NCBI GenBank assembly: GCA_017934975.1
Contig: JAGBIM010000006.1
Location: 2,311-66,310 of the forward strand
DNA length: 64,000 nt
Origin: Clostridia bacterium
GTDB lineage: Bacteria; Bacillota; Clostridia; Oscillospirales; UBA644
Direction of reading: 5' to 3'
The position numbers and the translations under genes were made by a program. Numbering within the stretch: position 1 is the stretch's first letter; each line of letters opens with the position of its first letter. Positions 48,174 through 57,848 of the stretch are shown piece after piece. The notes under the pieces were generated by a model. The model searched no databases, was not told the origin of the DNA, and saw only the letters and a list, made by a program, of their open reading frames with translations.

Positions 48174-48704
48174 ATGAAAAAATTCAGACCCAACAAGATG
48201 ACCACCTTTTTGTTTGCCATGCTTGAAATGATGCCCGCCATTGGGATCGGAATTCCCGTCATGGGGTTTTTTATGGGAGAGGAATATCGGTTCTCGGCAC
48301 GGGAAATTTTCGGGATAATCCCCGTCTTCTTTTTGCTTTGTGCTCTGATTCTTGTCTTCTGTTGCTTGTTGAATCTCGTTACGTATCCTTTTACCAAGCA
48401 TACCGTGTTTCTTTTTGACGATTCTTTTTCCCGCGGAGAGACCACGGTACGATACGATGACGTCACCAAAATAGAATTTGATAGCGGAGCGGTACGTCGG
48501 TTCGGCTCCAACGATCCGTGCTGCTTGGACTGTTATGCGGGGGACGAACTGCGGATCTCCATAGAACATCCTTCGCTTTTGATGTGTTTTTATCTGTTTC
48601 GGAACTGTAAAAACGCAAAGTTTCGATACAAACGGATGAAAAGGTTTCTGTCCTTGAGCGGGTTCTTTTTGCTTCTCTGCGTTGCGCTGGGATTATTGGG
48701 ATAA
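48174..48704 (+). CDS. hypothetical membrane protein
   Basis: Two transmembrane helices, a small beta domain and a C-terminal helix; AAAGGAGG upstream. Confidence 0.65.
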   Translation: MKKFRPNKMTTFLFAMLEMMPAIGIGIPVMGFFMGEEYRFSAREIFGIIPVFFLLCALILVFCCLLNLVTYPFTKHTVFLFDDSFSRGETTVRYDDVTKIEFDSGAVRRFGSNDPCCLDCYAGDELRISIEHPSLLMCFYLFRNCKNAKFRYKRMKRFLSLSGFFLLLCVALGLLG

Positions 48705-48722
48705 TTTCAAAGGAGGTTGTTT

Positions 48723-49295
48723 ATGAGACCGGAAGAGTTGGAAGAGGTTCGTGGGATCAAGATCCGACGGCAGTTTTTCAACAAGCCCTTGTTGTTGGTT
48801 TTTGCCTGTTTTCTGTTCTTCTTTTTCGGTGCCTGCGTCCTTGGCCTTGCGGATCCGGAAATAACGCTGGGAGAAAGCATACGTGATTTCAGGGCTCCCT
48901 TGCGGATTTTCCTGTGGCTTCTCGTCGGTTTTGCCTTTTTCTCGTTTTTCAATCTTTTTCAATGGGGCGAGGTGGTGTGCGTTTTAACCAAGGAGGGCCT
49001 CGTTTATGCCGGGGGCTGCATCCCTTGGGAAGAGATTCGGCAAATGGACTACAGAGCCCCGTTCTGTTTGTGGTGGTGGAAAAAGGGCGATGACGACGCG
49101 TACTGTTCCTCCGTGGTATTTACGGAAAAAGAGCAGATTCTGTTGCTTTACGCTCCCTTTTTTCTGTTGCTTTTGGTAAAGTGTTACAACAAAAAAATAA
49201 AACTCTGTCTTCATTCCGACACCAAAAGTTGGATTTCCTATTTTGCGTCCTTTGTTGTTCTGATCCCCCTGTTGGCGATGTTTTTGGCTTTTTGA
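48723..49295 (+). CDS. hypothetical membrane protein
   Basis: Same topology as the previous ORF; AAAGGAGG RBS. Confidence 0.65.
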   Translation: MRPEELEEVRGIKIRRQFFNKPLLLVFACFLFFFFGACVLGLADPEITLGESIRDFRAPLRIFLWLLVGFAFFSFFNLFQWGEVVCVLTKEGLVYAGGCIPWEEIRQMDYRAPFCLWWWKKGDDDAYCSSVVFTEKEQILLLYAPFFLLLLVKCYNKKIKLCLHSDTKSWISYFASFVVLIPLLAMFLAF

Positions 49296-49467
49296 CGGCT
49301 TGGAAAGAAGATTTTTACCAAGAAAGGACCCGAAACGATGTAAAAAACCGTTTTCCGGGAAGTGTCCCGTGTTTCAGTATTTTATGCCCCTGCAGGAAGA
49401 ATAAGGGTGTTGAGCCCTTGCTTAACCCCCGCAAATCGGATTTGTGAAGAGAGGAGGCGTTTGCAGA

Positions 49468-50133
49468 ATGATCGTTAAAGTGTCGCAAACGGAGTCAAAC
49501 CTGAAACAAACCTATGACGTAAAAACCGAAAACGGATATTATCACGGGGAAACGGGCCGTGTAAGTCGCCTGCAAACCATAACCCTGTCCAATCAAGAAA
49601 CCACGGTAAAGGGCGTTTTCTCCTTATCCAAGTGGGGAAACTACGTCCCCTTCAGGTGGCTTTTCGGCAGGGCGAATCTTACGCGTGTATTTCACCTGTA
49701 CCGCGAGGAACGTCCCTACGGAAACATCGTTTTTTCGAAGCACGGATTCTATAAAAGTTGCTACGTGATCACCTTGGATGGGGGAGAGGTTTTTCATTGC
49801 TACGCGCGGTCGAAAGGGTCTTTTGACTACGTTTCCATCTACCAAGGGGACCGACAAATCGGTCTGGTCGAAACATACCTGAATACGAGTAATTACAAAT
49901 ATACGCACAAGCTGTATCTTTTGGAAGAATTTGATCCCTTTGCAGAAACCTTTTCCCTTTTCGTTTTGTATTACGCCAGTTATAACTTTGCACAAAGATT
50001 TCATATGTCGGCAGGATCGCATTACGAAAAATCGTGGAGCATTTCGCGCTATAACCACAAGTACGACGAAACGTGGCGAGAAACACATTTCCCCAACGAG
50101 AACTATTGGGGGAAAATAAATCTTTTCCGTTGA
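49468..50133 (+). CDS. hypothetical protein
   Basis: GAGGAGG RBS; aromatic beta-rich ORF ending at a terminator. Confidence 0.7.
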   Translation: MIVKVSQTESNLKQTYDVKTENGYYHGETGRVSRLQTITLSNQETTVKGVFSLSKWGNYVPFRWLFGRANLTRVFHLYREERPYGNIVFSKHGFYKSCYVITLDGGEVFHCYARSKGSFDYVSIYQGDRQIGLVETYLNTSNYKYTHKLYLLEEFDPFAETFSLFVLYYASYNFAQRFHMSAGSHYEKSWSISRYNHKYDETWRETHFPNENYWGKINLFR

Positions 50134-50145
50134 CGAAAAACCGTA

Positions 50146-50186
50146 AAAAATACTCCCGCTTCGCAAGAAGCGGGAGTTTCGTTTTG
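50146..50186. terminator. bidirectional terminator
   Basis: ACTCCCGCTTC-GCAA-GAAGCGGGAGT between convergent genes. Confidence 0.7.
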
Positions 50187-50191
50187 AGGGA

Positions 50192-52768
50192 TTATTCCAG
50201 CGGGGGCTTGTTGGTTTGGGCGTCGGAGGCACCCGAGCCCGATTCGGCGTCTTCTTCCCCTTCCACGTAGGTGAAGTCCATGACGTTGACCCCGTCCTCG
50301 ATTTCTCCGCTTTCCGTGGCGGAGACGGTGAGGTAGTTGCCCTCGATTCCTTCAAAGACCGCCGAGGCGGGCAGAAGGTTTCCGTTGAGGGTGACGGTGC
50401 CTGCGGTGGCGGCGGCGTGGAAGGCGGGGGTTTTGTTCCACACGCAACCCATCACGTTGGTTTCGCCTCCTGCGGATTGAAGGGTGACGGGCATTTCGGC
50501 GGAGAAGAGGGAGGCGGCAAGGACGGTGTTGCCTGCTGCGGAGTACAGAACGTTCCCTTGATCCGCTCCGCGGCAGATCATGCCCTGGACGGTGAGGGAT
50601 CCTCCCCCGTTATACAAAAAGGCGGAGGCGGCGGTTCCCCGTCCCGATACGCCCAGAGCAGACAGGGTCACTTGGGCGGAATCGGCGGTGAGGATTCCCG
50701 TTGCCACGTCTTCCAAAGACAGCAACGTCCCCGTTACCTGCGCCGTTCCCGTGGCGGTCAGGGCGTTGGAGAGAGATTTTGCGGTAATGCCCGACAGGGT
50801 CACCCTTCCGTCCGCACAGAGAATTCCTTTTCCGTTGGCGGCAGGATCGGTCAGGGTGATGCGGCGCAGATTTGCGTCGGCCTTCTGCAGGAAAATTCCT
50901 TGGGCGGAGGCCTGCAGGTTCACCTGCTCCACGGTGATCTTTTCGCCCTTTTCCAGGAAAATCCCGCGGGGGGCGCGAATCGAAAGATTCCGAATCACCG
51001 CATTGGATGCGGAGCAGGCTACGGCGTAAAGGTCGGAGCCGTTCCAGGCCTGAAGCACCTCCAGATTTTCCAGAGACGCCCCTTCCTCCAGACGGATCAT
51101 GCATCCTTCTCCGTTGGCGGCGGAGTGGAAGGTAAAGGTGGTCTTGTAGGTCCCCGTGTGCCCGACTCCCGTCAGATGCAGGTTCTTCGGCAACAGGATG
51201 GCTTCGGTGAAGTTATATTCCCCTTCGGGGATGAACAAAAGGGCTTTCTTTTGCAGGGCGGCGTCCACGGCCTTTTTCAGGGCCTCGGAGTTGTTGGCCG
51301 CTTCCTTGGACATTCCGTAGTCCAGCCCGTTGATTATTTCCGTGGGAAGCACCCGCGATGCGTCGGACAGGGCAAAAATCCGTTCAAAGGCCGAGGGCTT
51401 TGCATCGTCCTTCGAGACGGCGAAGAGCAATTCCGCCGCATCCTCGTCTCCCTCCCCTCCGTAGAGAAGACCGAAGGCGTTTTTGCCCAGAGCGGCCTTG
51501 TCCTCGTGGGTTCGGAAGGTGGGGGCGACGGCAAGGAAGGTGGAATCGGACAGATCAAAGCAGGTGTTCCACCAGGTTCCGAAATCGCAATGATAGAAGG
51601 ATAGGAAGGAGGGGTTGTGACCGTGTACCACGGATTTCGGCGTTCCCGCAAAGGTGCAACCCGCAAAAATTACGGGTGCCGTTGCTCCTTCGCTCAGGGC
51701 TACGGTGTCCGATCCCGTATCGCCCGTGGGACGGAAGGTGGAGTTGGAGAAGGAAACGCCGCAGGCGGGCAGGGATTGCAGATAGAGGGGACGGTTGGTG
51801 GAGGTGACGGATAATTCCGTTGCCAGCAAAAGACCGTCGGATTCTGCGGGCACGTTGAGCAAAAGCCCCACGTAAGCGCTCTCTACGTTGTAGCGGTTCA
51901 GGGCCACGTCGGCCACCTTTTCCAAGATCATGCCGTGGAGATGCTCGTGAAGGTATCGGGTCAGAATTTCATAGGTTCCCTTTTCTGTAAACCGATCGGG
52001 AACGGTGTTCAGCCAATAGGTGGGGGAGACGGAGATGTTCTCCAGATAGGCGGAGGCGTCGTTTTCGGTGATGAGGATTCCGTAATCCAAGGGGGACATC
52101 CAGACGCCCTGCACCGTCACGTCCCCCGATCCGGTGATGCAGATGCCGTGATAGGGGTTGATGAGGGCCAGGCTTTGTACCGTCGCGGTTCCCGTGCAGT
52201 AGACCGAGGCGGGATAGGCTATGACGGCTTCGGGGGTCTGTTTTTCGTAATAAAGGGTAATTCCCACCAGATTCGCCGTATCTTCCAGGGTGATCAGCGG
52301 ATCCTTCCGCAGGATTTCGTTGTCTCCCGCCATGAGGACGGTTCGGTCGTTGGACACCGCGTCGGGGGAGGAGAATTCCCCCCGCAGGGTCACGCCGGCC
52401 GGGAGAATCAGAGGCTCGGTGATGCGATAAACGCCACGGGGAAGATAGACCGTTCCTCCCGTCTGCTTTGCCAGCTCCAGGGCCAGCTTAACGGGGGCGG
52501 TATCGTCGGCAATTCCGTCCCCCTTCGCCCCCAGAAGGGTGGGGAAATAGTTGGCGGCAAAAACCTCGTTGGCGTTTTTCAGCAGCATGGTTTTTCCTTG
52601 CTCTGCGCCCAAAAGAGTTTGCACCTTCTTGCCCGTATCCAAGGGGGGCGGCGCGACGGGCTCTTGCACCGAGGCGGCAAAGAGGGCAAAAACGGCGCAG
52701 AGGGCAACGAGTAAAATCGCTCCCCCCAAAGAGAGTCGTGCCGAGGTGGATAAAGATCGTAGTTTCAT
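50192..52768 (-). CDS. membrane-anchored double beta-helix protein (pectate lyase superfamily/GH55-like)
   Basis: GAKGDGIADDT...GGTVYLPRGVY...GVTLRG and a second NGLDYG...LFIPEGEY...LTGVG. Confidence 0.8.
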   Translation of the reverse strand: MKLRSLSTSARLSLGGAILLVALCAVFALFAASVQEPVAPPPLDTGKKVQTLLGAEQGKTMLLKNANEVFAANYFPTLLGAKGDGIADDTAPVKLALELAKQTGGTVYLPRGVYRITEPLILPAGVTLRGEFSSPDAVSNDRTVLMAGDNEILRKDPLITLEDTANLVGITLYYEKQTPEAVIAYPASVYCTGTATVQSLALINPYHGICITGSGDVTVQGVWMSPLDYGILITENDASAYLENISVSPTYWLNTVPDRFTEKGTYEILTRYLHEHLHGMILEKVADVALNRYNVESAYVGLLLNVPAESDGLLLATELSVTSTNRPLYLQSLPACGVSFSNSTFRPTGDTGSDTVALSEGATAPVIFAGCTFAGTPKSVVHGHNPSFLSFYHCDFGTWWNTCFDLSDSTFLAVAPTFRTHEDKAALGKNAFGLLYGGEGDEDAAELLFAVSKDDAKPSAFERIFALSDASRVLPTEIINGLDYGMSKEAANNSEALKKAVDAALQKKALLFIPEGEYNFTEAILLPKNLHLTGVGHTGTYKTTFTFHSAANGEGCMIRLEEGASLENLEVLQAWNGSDLYAVACSASNAVIRNLSIRAPRGIFLEKGEKITVEQVNLQASAQGIFLQKADANLRRITLTDPAANGKGILCADGRVTLSGITAKSLSNALTATGTAQVTGTLLSLEDVATGILTADSAQVTLSALGVSGRGTAASAFLYNGGGSLTVQGMICRGADQGNVLYSAAGNTVLAASLFSAEMPVTLQSAGGETNVMGCVWNKTPAFHAAATAGTVTLNGNLLPASAVFEGIEGNYLTVSATESGEIEDGVNVMDFTYVEGEEDAESGSGASDAQTNKPPLE

Positions 52769-52777
52769 AACGTCTCC

Positions 52778-54055
52778 TCAACGGATGGATAGATCGGTGG
52801 CCAGCCGCAGAGCGGCTCCTTTTTTACGGAATGCGCGCAATAAATTCCCCAGAATCTCTGCCGCGGGGGCCTTGCCCACGGTGATAAGGGGTCGGTCCAA
52901 CAGAAGCAGGTCGCCTTTGCGGGTGTCCCGATACAGGGCGGCAAGGGCGGCGATCTCTTCCTCCGTGGTCTTTCCCTCGGAGGAATAGACGCAGACCCGT
53001 TGCTCGGGGCAGAAGAGCACCTGCTCTGCCGCAAGGGGAAGTCCTGCGGCGGCAAAGATTTGTACGCGGGCGAGGATCTTCAGAATCTCCGATCCCCGAT
53101 CTCCGTCAAAGCTCTCCGTTTCCCGCGCCGTGCAGGTGATGGGCGGCCGATAAATTCCGTCCCGAAATTCCGCAAAATCGCGGATTCCCCGTCCCACGGG
53201 ACCGGGCTCGTTGACGGGGGTGGCAAAGCACCAGGCGTGTCCCCGACTGCGGGCCCACTCCGTAAGGGAGAGGGCGAAGCGGTAAAAGATCATGCCTTCT
53301 TCCAACGCCGAAAACCGAAGGCGGATCCCCGCGGTAATGCGGCAGAAGCCGTCACAGAGGTTGATCAGCCCTTGTGCGGTCAGCGCTTCTGCCCGTTCCT
53401 TGGGCACGGTCAGGGAGAGATCCTCCCGTTTTACGGGATGCTTCTTGCGATATTTTTCCTCGTCGGGCCCCAGATAGGCAACCTGTCCGTCGGCGCATCG
53501 GCCGTAGCGGTCCAGAGAAAGATGCAACACGCATTTTGCCGATTCTTTCCGCAGGAGAGGGTATCCCGCGATCTGCTCCGTGAGGGCCTTGACGGCAGGA
53601 GAGGTTCCGTGGAGGCGGAGGTATTCCGCAAAGGCGAAAAGCCCACCCGATTCGGGGGTCTGCTTCGCCGTTTCCTCGTGGGCAAGACGCAAAAAACGCA
53701 GATGCTCCATCAGACTGCGGGTGTTTTCCTGCAGGGCGGAGAAGGCTTCCTCCCAAGAGGCGTCCTGTGGGGGGATTACTTCCCGTTTCGCGGCTTCTTC
53801 CAGCCCTTCCAGTCGGCGCAGAATGCCTTCAATCTTGGTCAGAAGGGTGGGGTTTTGCAGAAAATCTTCTAAAATTTCCTTGCGGAACTGCAGATCCTTG
53901 CGGGAGGTTTTCCAAGAAAGAATTCGTTGCAGCTTTTCGGGAGTTTCCCCGCCGAGGGGACCGAGAAAGCCGAAGACTTCGGCCGAATACCCTTCTTCTT
54001 TGGGGGTGTCGGGATCGGCGAACAGAAGGCTGAAACGGGGAAAACGGTCAGGCAC
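52778..54055 (-). CDS. MutS-domain-V-like protein, degenerate ATPase
   Basis: FRKEILEDF; QIFAAAGLPLAA; LLLLDRP; LATDL. Confidence 0.6.
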   Translation of the reverse strand: MPDRFPRFSLLFADPDTPKEEGYSAEVFGFLGPLGGETPEKLQRILSWKTSRKDLQFRKEILEDFLQNPTLLTKIEGILRRLEGLEEAAKREVIPPQDASWEEAFSALQENTRSLMEHLRFLRLAHEETAKQTPESGGLFAFAEYLRLHGTSPAVKALTEQIAGYPLLRKESAKCVLHLSLDRYGRCADGQVAYLGPDEEKYRKKHPVKREDLSLTVPKERAEALTAQGLINLCDGFCRITAGIRLRFSALEEGMIFYRFALSLTEWARSRGHAWCFATPVNEPGPVGRGIRDFAEFRDGIYRPPITCTARETESFDGDRGSEILKILARVQIFAAAGLPLAAEQVLFCPEQRVCVYSSEGKTTEEEIAALAALYRDTRKGDLLLLDRPLITVGKAPAAEILGNLLRAFRKKGAALRLATDLSIR

Positions 54056-55436
54056 GGCTCGATCCCTCCAATTCTTCCGCCGTCAGACTGTGCTCCTTGA
54101 GCAGGTCCTCCAGCGTTCGGTCGGTGCCCACCTGCAGAAGGACGCAGGGGGGCAGGGTTTTTTCCTGAATACGGCGTTGCAGCGCCGCCAGATTGCTTTT
54201 ACTGCGGATGCGGATCACGCCGCGGGCAGAGCCTTCCGCCAGGGGGCGGATCACCTCTCCCACCGCCGCCTCTTCCTGTCGGGGAAGCATGGCGTCGAAG
54301 AGGTTGCGGCAAAGGCAGAGACTGTGCTCGTTGAGCCCTTCCGTGGAGACCTGTCCCTCCCGATCGGTGACCAGACGGTTGATGGGGGAAATTTCTCCCT
54401 CTTCGGCGAAGATCAGCCCCCCGAAGGAGCCGATCACGTGGGCAAGGGCGATTGCGTGGAGAAAGTCCTGCGAGTCGGGGCCGCAGAGCACGGTGACGGG
54501 CTCCATGGGGGAGGACCGATAATCGGTGCGTCCCACCGTTTCTTCCTGCGAGGGATGGCAAAGCCCCTTGATTTGGGTATAAAAGCCCATGGGACGGAAG
54601 CGGGGCAGGCAGAGGGAATAGCCCCGACGGAGCCCTTCTCCGTAGAGGCGGTTCAATGCCGTATAAAAGGCGGCCTCCCGGGAAAGACGCAGCAGATCTT
54701 CCGTTCCGCAGGCGGCGGAGAGAGCAAAAAATTCTTCCAGACGGCGGGTGAGCTCCTTCGATCCGCGGATGACGCTCGTCAGAACGGCCCGCTCCACGGG
54801 GGTGTATTCCCGCGCCAAGGGGGCAGGCGCTTCCTTTTTCGGCAGATCGAATTCCCGCAGAACCGCTTCCGTCAGGGCAAAGACCCCGTCGGAATCCTCG
54901 GCGCGGAAGAGGCGGGCGGAGCCCTCTTCGTCGGGGCGTCCCACGGCGTAGCAGATCCCTTCGTCAAAGCCGAAGGCCTCCACCAGCTCCGCCGCTTTGT
55001 GCTTCAGTTCTTTGTATTCGTAGCTTTCCGCGTATCGCTTCAGGAAGCGGAAACAGCGTCGGAACCCTTCGCTTTCGGGAATCACGTCCCCCAAAATGCG
55101 GCAGAAGGCGTCGAATTCCCGGGAGAACCGTTCGAACCGCGCAACGCGGCGAAGCTGATCGGTTTCGTTGCCCTGCGTGGTCGGGTCCCAATTCCGTCCC
55201 AAGGCGGCAAAGGCGGTAAAAATTTTCTGCAACGGAACCGAGGCCGCCAACTCCGCCCCCATTTGTCCGCGATATTGCAACACGGCGGGGTCGGAGGAAA
55301 AGCGTCCCAGATATTCGGTTAAAATCCTTCGATCCTCCGAGGAAACGCCCTGCTTTTCCAGCAGACCGTCCACCGCCTCGGAGCCGATCATTCTCCCGTC
55401 CTCGGCGGGGGCGGGAAAAAACAAACTTGCGTACAT
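54048..55436 (-). CDS. MutS-domain-V-like protein, degenerate ATPase
   Basis: YSLCLP...IKGLCHP; VLCGPDSQDFL; GGLIFAEEGEISP. Confidence 0.6.
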   Translation of the reverse strand: MYASLFFPAPAEDGRMIGSEAVDGLLEKQGVSSEDRRILTEYLGRFSSDPAVLQYRGQMGAELAASVPLQKIFTAFAALGRNWDPTTQGNETDQLRRVARFERFSREFDAFCRILGDVIPESEGFRRCFRFLKRYAESYEYKELKHKAAELVEAFGFDEGICYAVGRPDEEGSARLFRAEDSDGVFALTEAVLREFDLPKKEAPAPLAREYTPVERAVLTSVIRGSKELTRRLEEFFALSAACGTEDLLRLSREAAFYTALNRLYGEGLRRGYSLCLPRFRPMGFYTQIKGLCHPSQEETVGRTDYRSSPMEPVTVLCGPDSQDFLHAIALAHVIGSFGGLIFAEEGEISPINRLVTDREGQVSTEGLNEHSLCLCRNLFDAMLPRQEEAAVGEVIRPLAEGSARGVIRIRSKSNLAALQRRIQEKTLPPCVLLQVGTDRTLEDLLKEHSLTAEELEGSSRA

Positions 55437-55466
55437 GGAGGAAAACCTCGCTTGCGTTTTTTGGAA

Positions 55467-56510
55467 TTACACCGTTCCTGCGGGAGGCGCCAGATCCACG
55501 ATGGTCTGACAGAGGGTGTCGTAGTCGATGCCCGCCGCCCGCGCTTCCTGAGGCAGAAGGCTGTTGGGGGTCATGCCGGGAAGGGTGTTGGCCTCCAGAC
55601 AGTAGAAGTCCCCTTCGTCCCGATGAAGAATAAAATCAATACGGCAATAGGTGCCAAGCCGCAGAACCTTCGCCGCCTTTTCCGCCAATTCGGCAAGGCG
55701 GGCGTTTTGAGCGTCGGTCAGTTGGGCGGGACAGATTTCCTCCGTAGCACCCGACTGATATTTGTTCTTATAATCGTAAAATCCTTGTTTGGGAATGATT
55801 TCAATGGGGGGCAGGGCCTTTCCGTCCAGAATCCCCACGGAAAATTCCCGTCCGGGAATGGTCTGCTCCACCAGAATCAGATTCTCGTATTTGCGGGCCT
55901 CTTCCAGAGCGGCCTGCAGTTCTTCCTCGCTTTGCACCATGGAAATGCCCACGCTGGACCCGCAGGAGCAGGGTTTGACCACGCAGGGCATGGGATGGTC
56001 CGCGGGAAGGGTTTCTTTGCTTAAATCAAGGGTAATGCCCTTGGCCACGGGAATCCCCGCGGCGGCCAGCAACTTCTTGGTAATATCTTTGTCCATGGCA
56101 AGCACGCACCCCACGTGGGTGGAGCCGGTGAAGCGGATATTCTCCGCCTCCAGAATGGCCTGCATCTGCCCGTTTTCCCCCATGGCGCCGTGCAGAGCCA
56201 GGAAGACGATGTCCGCCCCGTGGCAGAGGCGCAACACGTTTTTGCCCACCAGGGAGCCGTTGGGGGAGGCTTTTTTCAACTCCTCCAGGTCGGGGGCGAT
56301 TTCGGGAATGGTGTAGGAATAATCCCCGTCTCCTTCCTTACGGAAGAGGGAATCGGGGCAGACCCCTTCGGGAATCTCCATCCCCAGAAAGGCGTCCACC
56401 AAAAGGACCCGATGGCCCGAGCGCATCAGGGAATTGGCAATCAGGCTTCCCGAAGAGAGGGAAACGTCACGTTCGGGGGAATAGCCCCCCGCAAGAACTA
56501 CGATTTTCAT
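55467..56510 (-). CDS. ddl: D-alanine--D-alanine ligase
   Basis: GGYSPERDVSL, LHGAMGENG, GSSVGI, FYDYKNKY, EANTLPGMT. Confidence 0.95.
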   Translation of the reverse strand: MKIVVLAGGYSPERDVSLSSGSLIANSLMRSGHRVLLVDAFLGMEIPEGVCPDSLFRKEGDGDYSYTIPEIAPDLEELKKASPNGSLVGKNVLRLCHGADIVFLALHGAMGENGQMQAILEAENIRFTGSTHVGCVLAMDKDITKKLLAAAGIPVAKGITLDLSKETLPADHPMPCVVKPCSCGSSVGISMVQSEEELQAALEEARKYENLILVEQTIPGREFSVGILDGKALPPIEIIPKQGFYDYKNKYQSGATEEICPAQLTDAQNARLAELAEKAAKVLRLGTYCRIDFILHRDEGDFYCLEANTLPGMTPNSLLPQEARAAGIDYDTLCQTIVDLAPPAGTV

Positions 56511-56524
56511 CGGACAAAATCTCC

Positions 56525-57697
56525 TTATTTCAGTTTGACGAAGCCGTATTCTTCGCCGTTGCGCACCCGCGCGATGCCTTCTGCGGAAAAGTCTCCCGCA
56601 TCGTCCCAGAGTCCGTCGCACAGCTCCGTTCCTTGGGCGTTGACGAAGAACCATCTCCCCGAATTTGCCACGGCGGCGGCCCCGTTGTAGAAGTCGCGGG
56701 CGGCGTCGTATTTCAGAGAAACGGTTTCCTCTCCGTTTTGATTGATAAAGCCGAAATCCCAGCCCGTGCCTGCGGATTTTGCCACCCGCGCAAAGCCCGA
56801 TTCGGTGAAGGAATAGGCCTTTTCGTAGGTTTGGCTGACGACGGCGCCCGTTTTGTCGATAAAGCGGTATCCGTTTTTATCGTGCACCGCCGCGCGACCG
56901 CCGGAGAAGGATTCCACCGCGTCCCATTCCCCTTCGATGACCTTTTTTCCCGTTTGGTCGATAAAGCCCCAGGGGGTGGTGAAGGCTTTGTCCTGTACGG
57001 CGCAGAGCCCTTCGGAAAAGTCCTTGGTGTCGTACCAGGTGGGGGCGAGGACCTCTTTTCCCGTAAGATCGAGAAATCCGGTCTTCAAAGATTCGGTTCC
57101 CGCGTCGGAGAAGACCGCCACCAGCCCTTCGGAGGCCTTGGACGATTCGCCGTAGACGATTTCGGTCAGCAGGTTTCCGTCTTGATCCAAAAATCCGTAA
57201 GAAGAATCCTGCCGCACGCAGGCGATGCCCTCCCGATAGGGGGAGGCTTCGCTGTAAAGGGCGTCGGTGATTTTCTTGCCCGTCTTGTCGATATAGCCGT
57301 AATACAATCCCTCTTGGTAGACCGCCCGATCCTCGGAGAAGGATTGAACCGACTGATAGAGGAAGGGGATGACGGTTTTCCCCTCTTTGTCGATAAAGCC
57401 CCACCGACCCGACTGCCGCACGGCGGCAAGGCCTTGGGAGAAGGAGAAGGCCCCGTCGTATTTCGCGTCCACGACCAGGTTCCCTTCCGTATCGATAAAG
57501 CCCCACTTTTCGTCCTTCTGCACGGCGGCAAGCCCTTCGGAAAAGTCCTTGGCGCCCTCCCACTCCCCTTCCAGGGTGGTCAGATACTCGTTTTCAACCC
57601 GCTTCAGCCCTCCGTCGGCCAGATTCCACAGAAGAATCCCCGCGGCGAAGAGGACGAGCAGGCTGCATAAAATGACGGTAAAACGCTTTTTGCTCAT
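56525..57697 (-). CDS. WG-repeat membrane-anchored protein
   Basis: Repeated FSEGLAAV...WGFIDxxG. Confidence 0.9.
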   Translation of the reverse strand: MSKKRFTVILCSLLVLFAAGILLWNLADGGLKRVENEYLTTLEGEWEGAKDFSEGLAAVQKDEKWGFIDTEGNLVVDAKYDGAFSFSQGLAAVRQSGRWGFIDKEGKTVIPFLYQSVQSFSEDRAVYQEGLYYGYIDKTGKKITDALYSEASPYREGIACVRQDSSYGFLDQDGNLLTEIVYGESSKASEGLVAVFSDAGTESLKTGFLDLTGKEVLAPTWYDTKDFSEGLCAVQDKAFTTPWGFIDQTGKKVIEGEWDAVESFSGGRAAVHDKNGYRFIDKTGAVVSQTYEKAYSFTESGFARVAKSAGTGWDFGFINQNGEETVSLKYDAARDFYNGAAAVANSGRWFFVNAQGTELCDGLWDDAGDFSAEGIARVRNGEEYGFVKLK

Positions 57698-57848
57698 GAA
57701 AGTCTCCTTAAGAGATAATTATACAGTATAATAATACCATAAAATTACGCAAAAAGCAAGTACATTTTTTCGGAAAGCACAGATTTGTGCATATTTTTTG
57801 CGGCAACGGGCAAAAATAGAGCCAAAAAAAGGAAAAGGTGGCATTCCA

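Noticed and set aside
55467-56510. VanA-type D-Ala-D-Lac ligase
   Set aside because: The FYDYKNKY omega-loop matches ordinary D-Ala-D-Ala ligases, and no van cluster is adjacent
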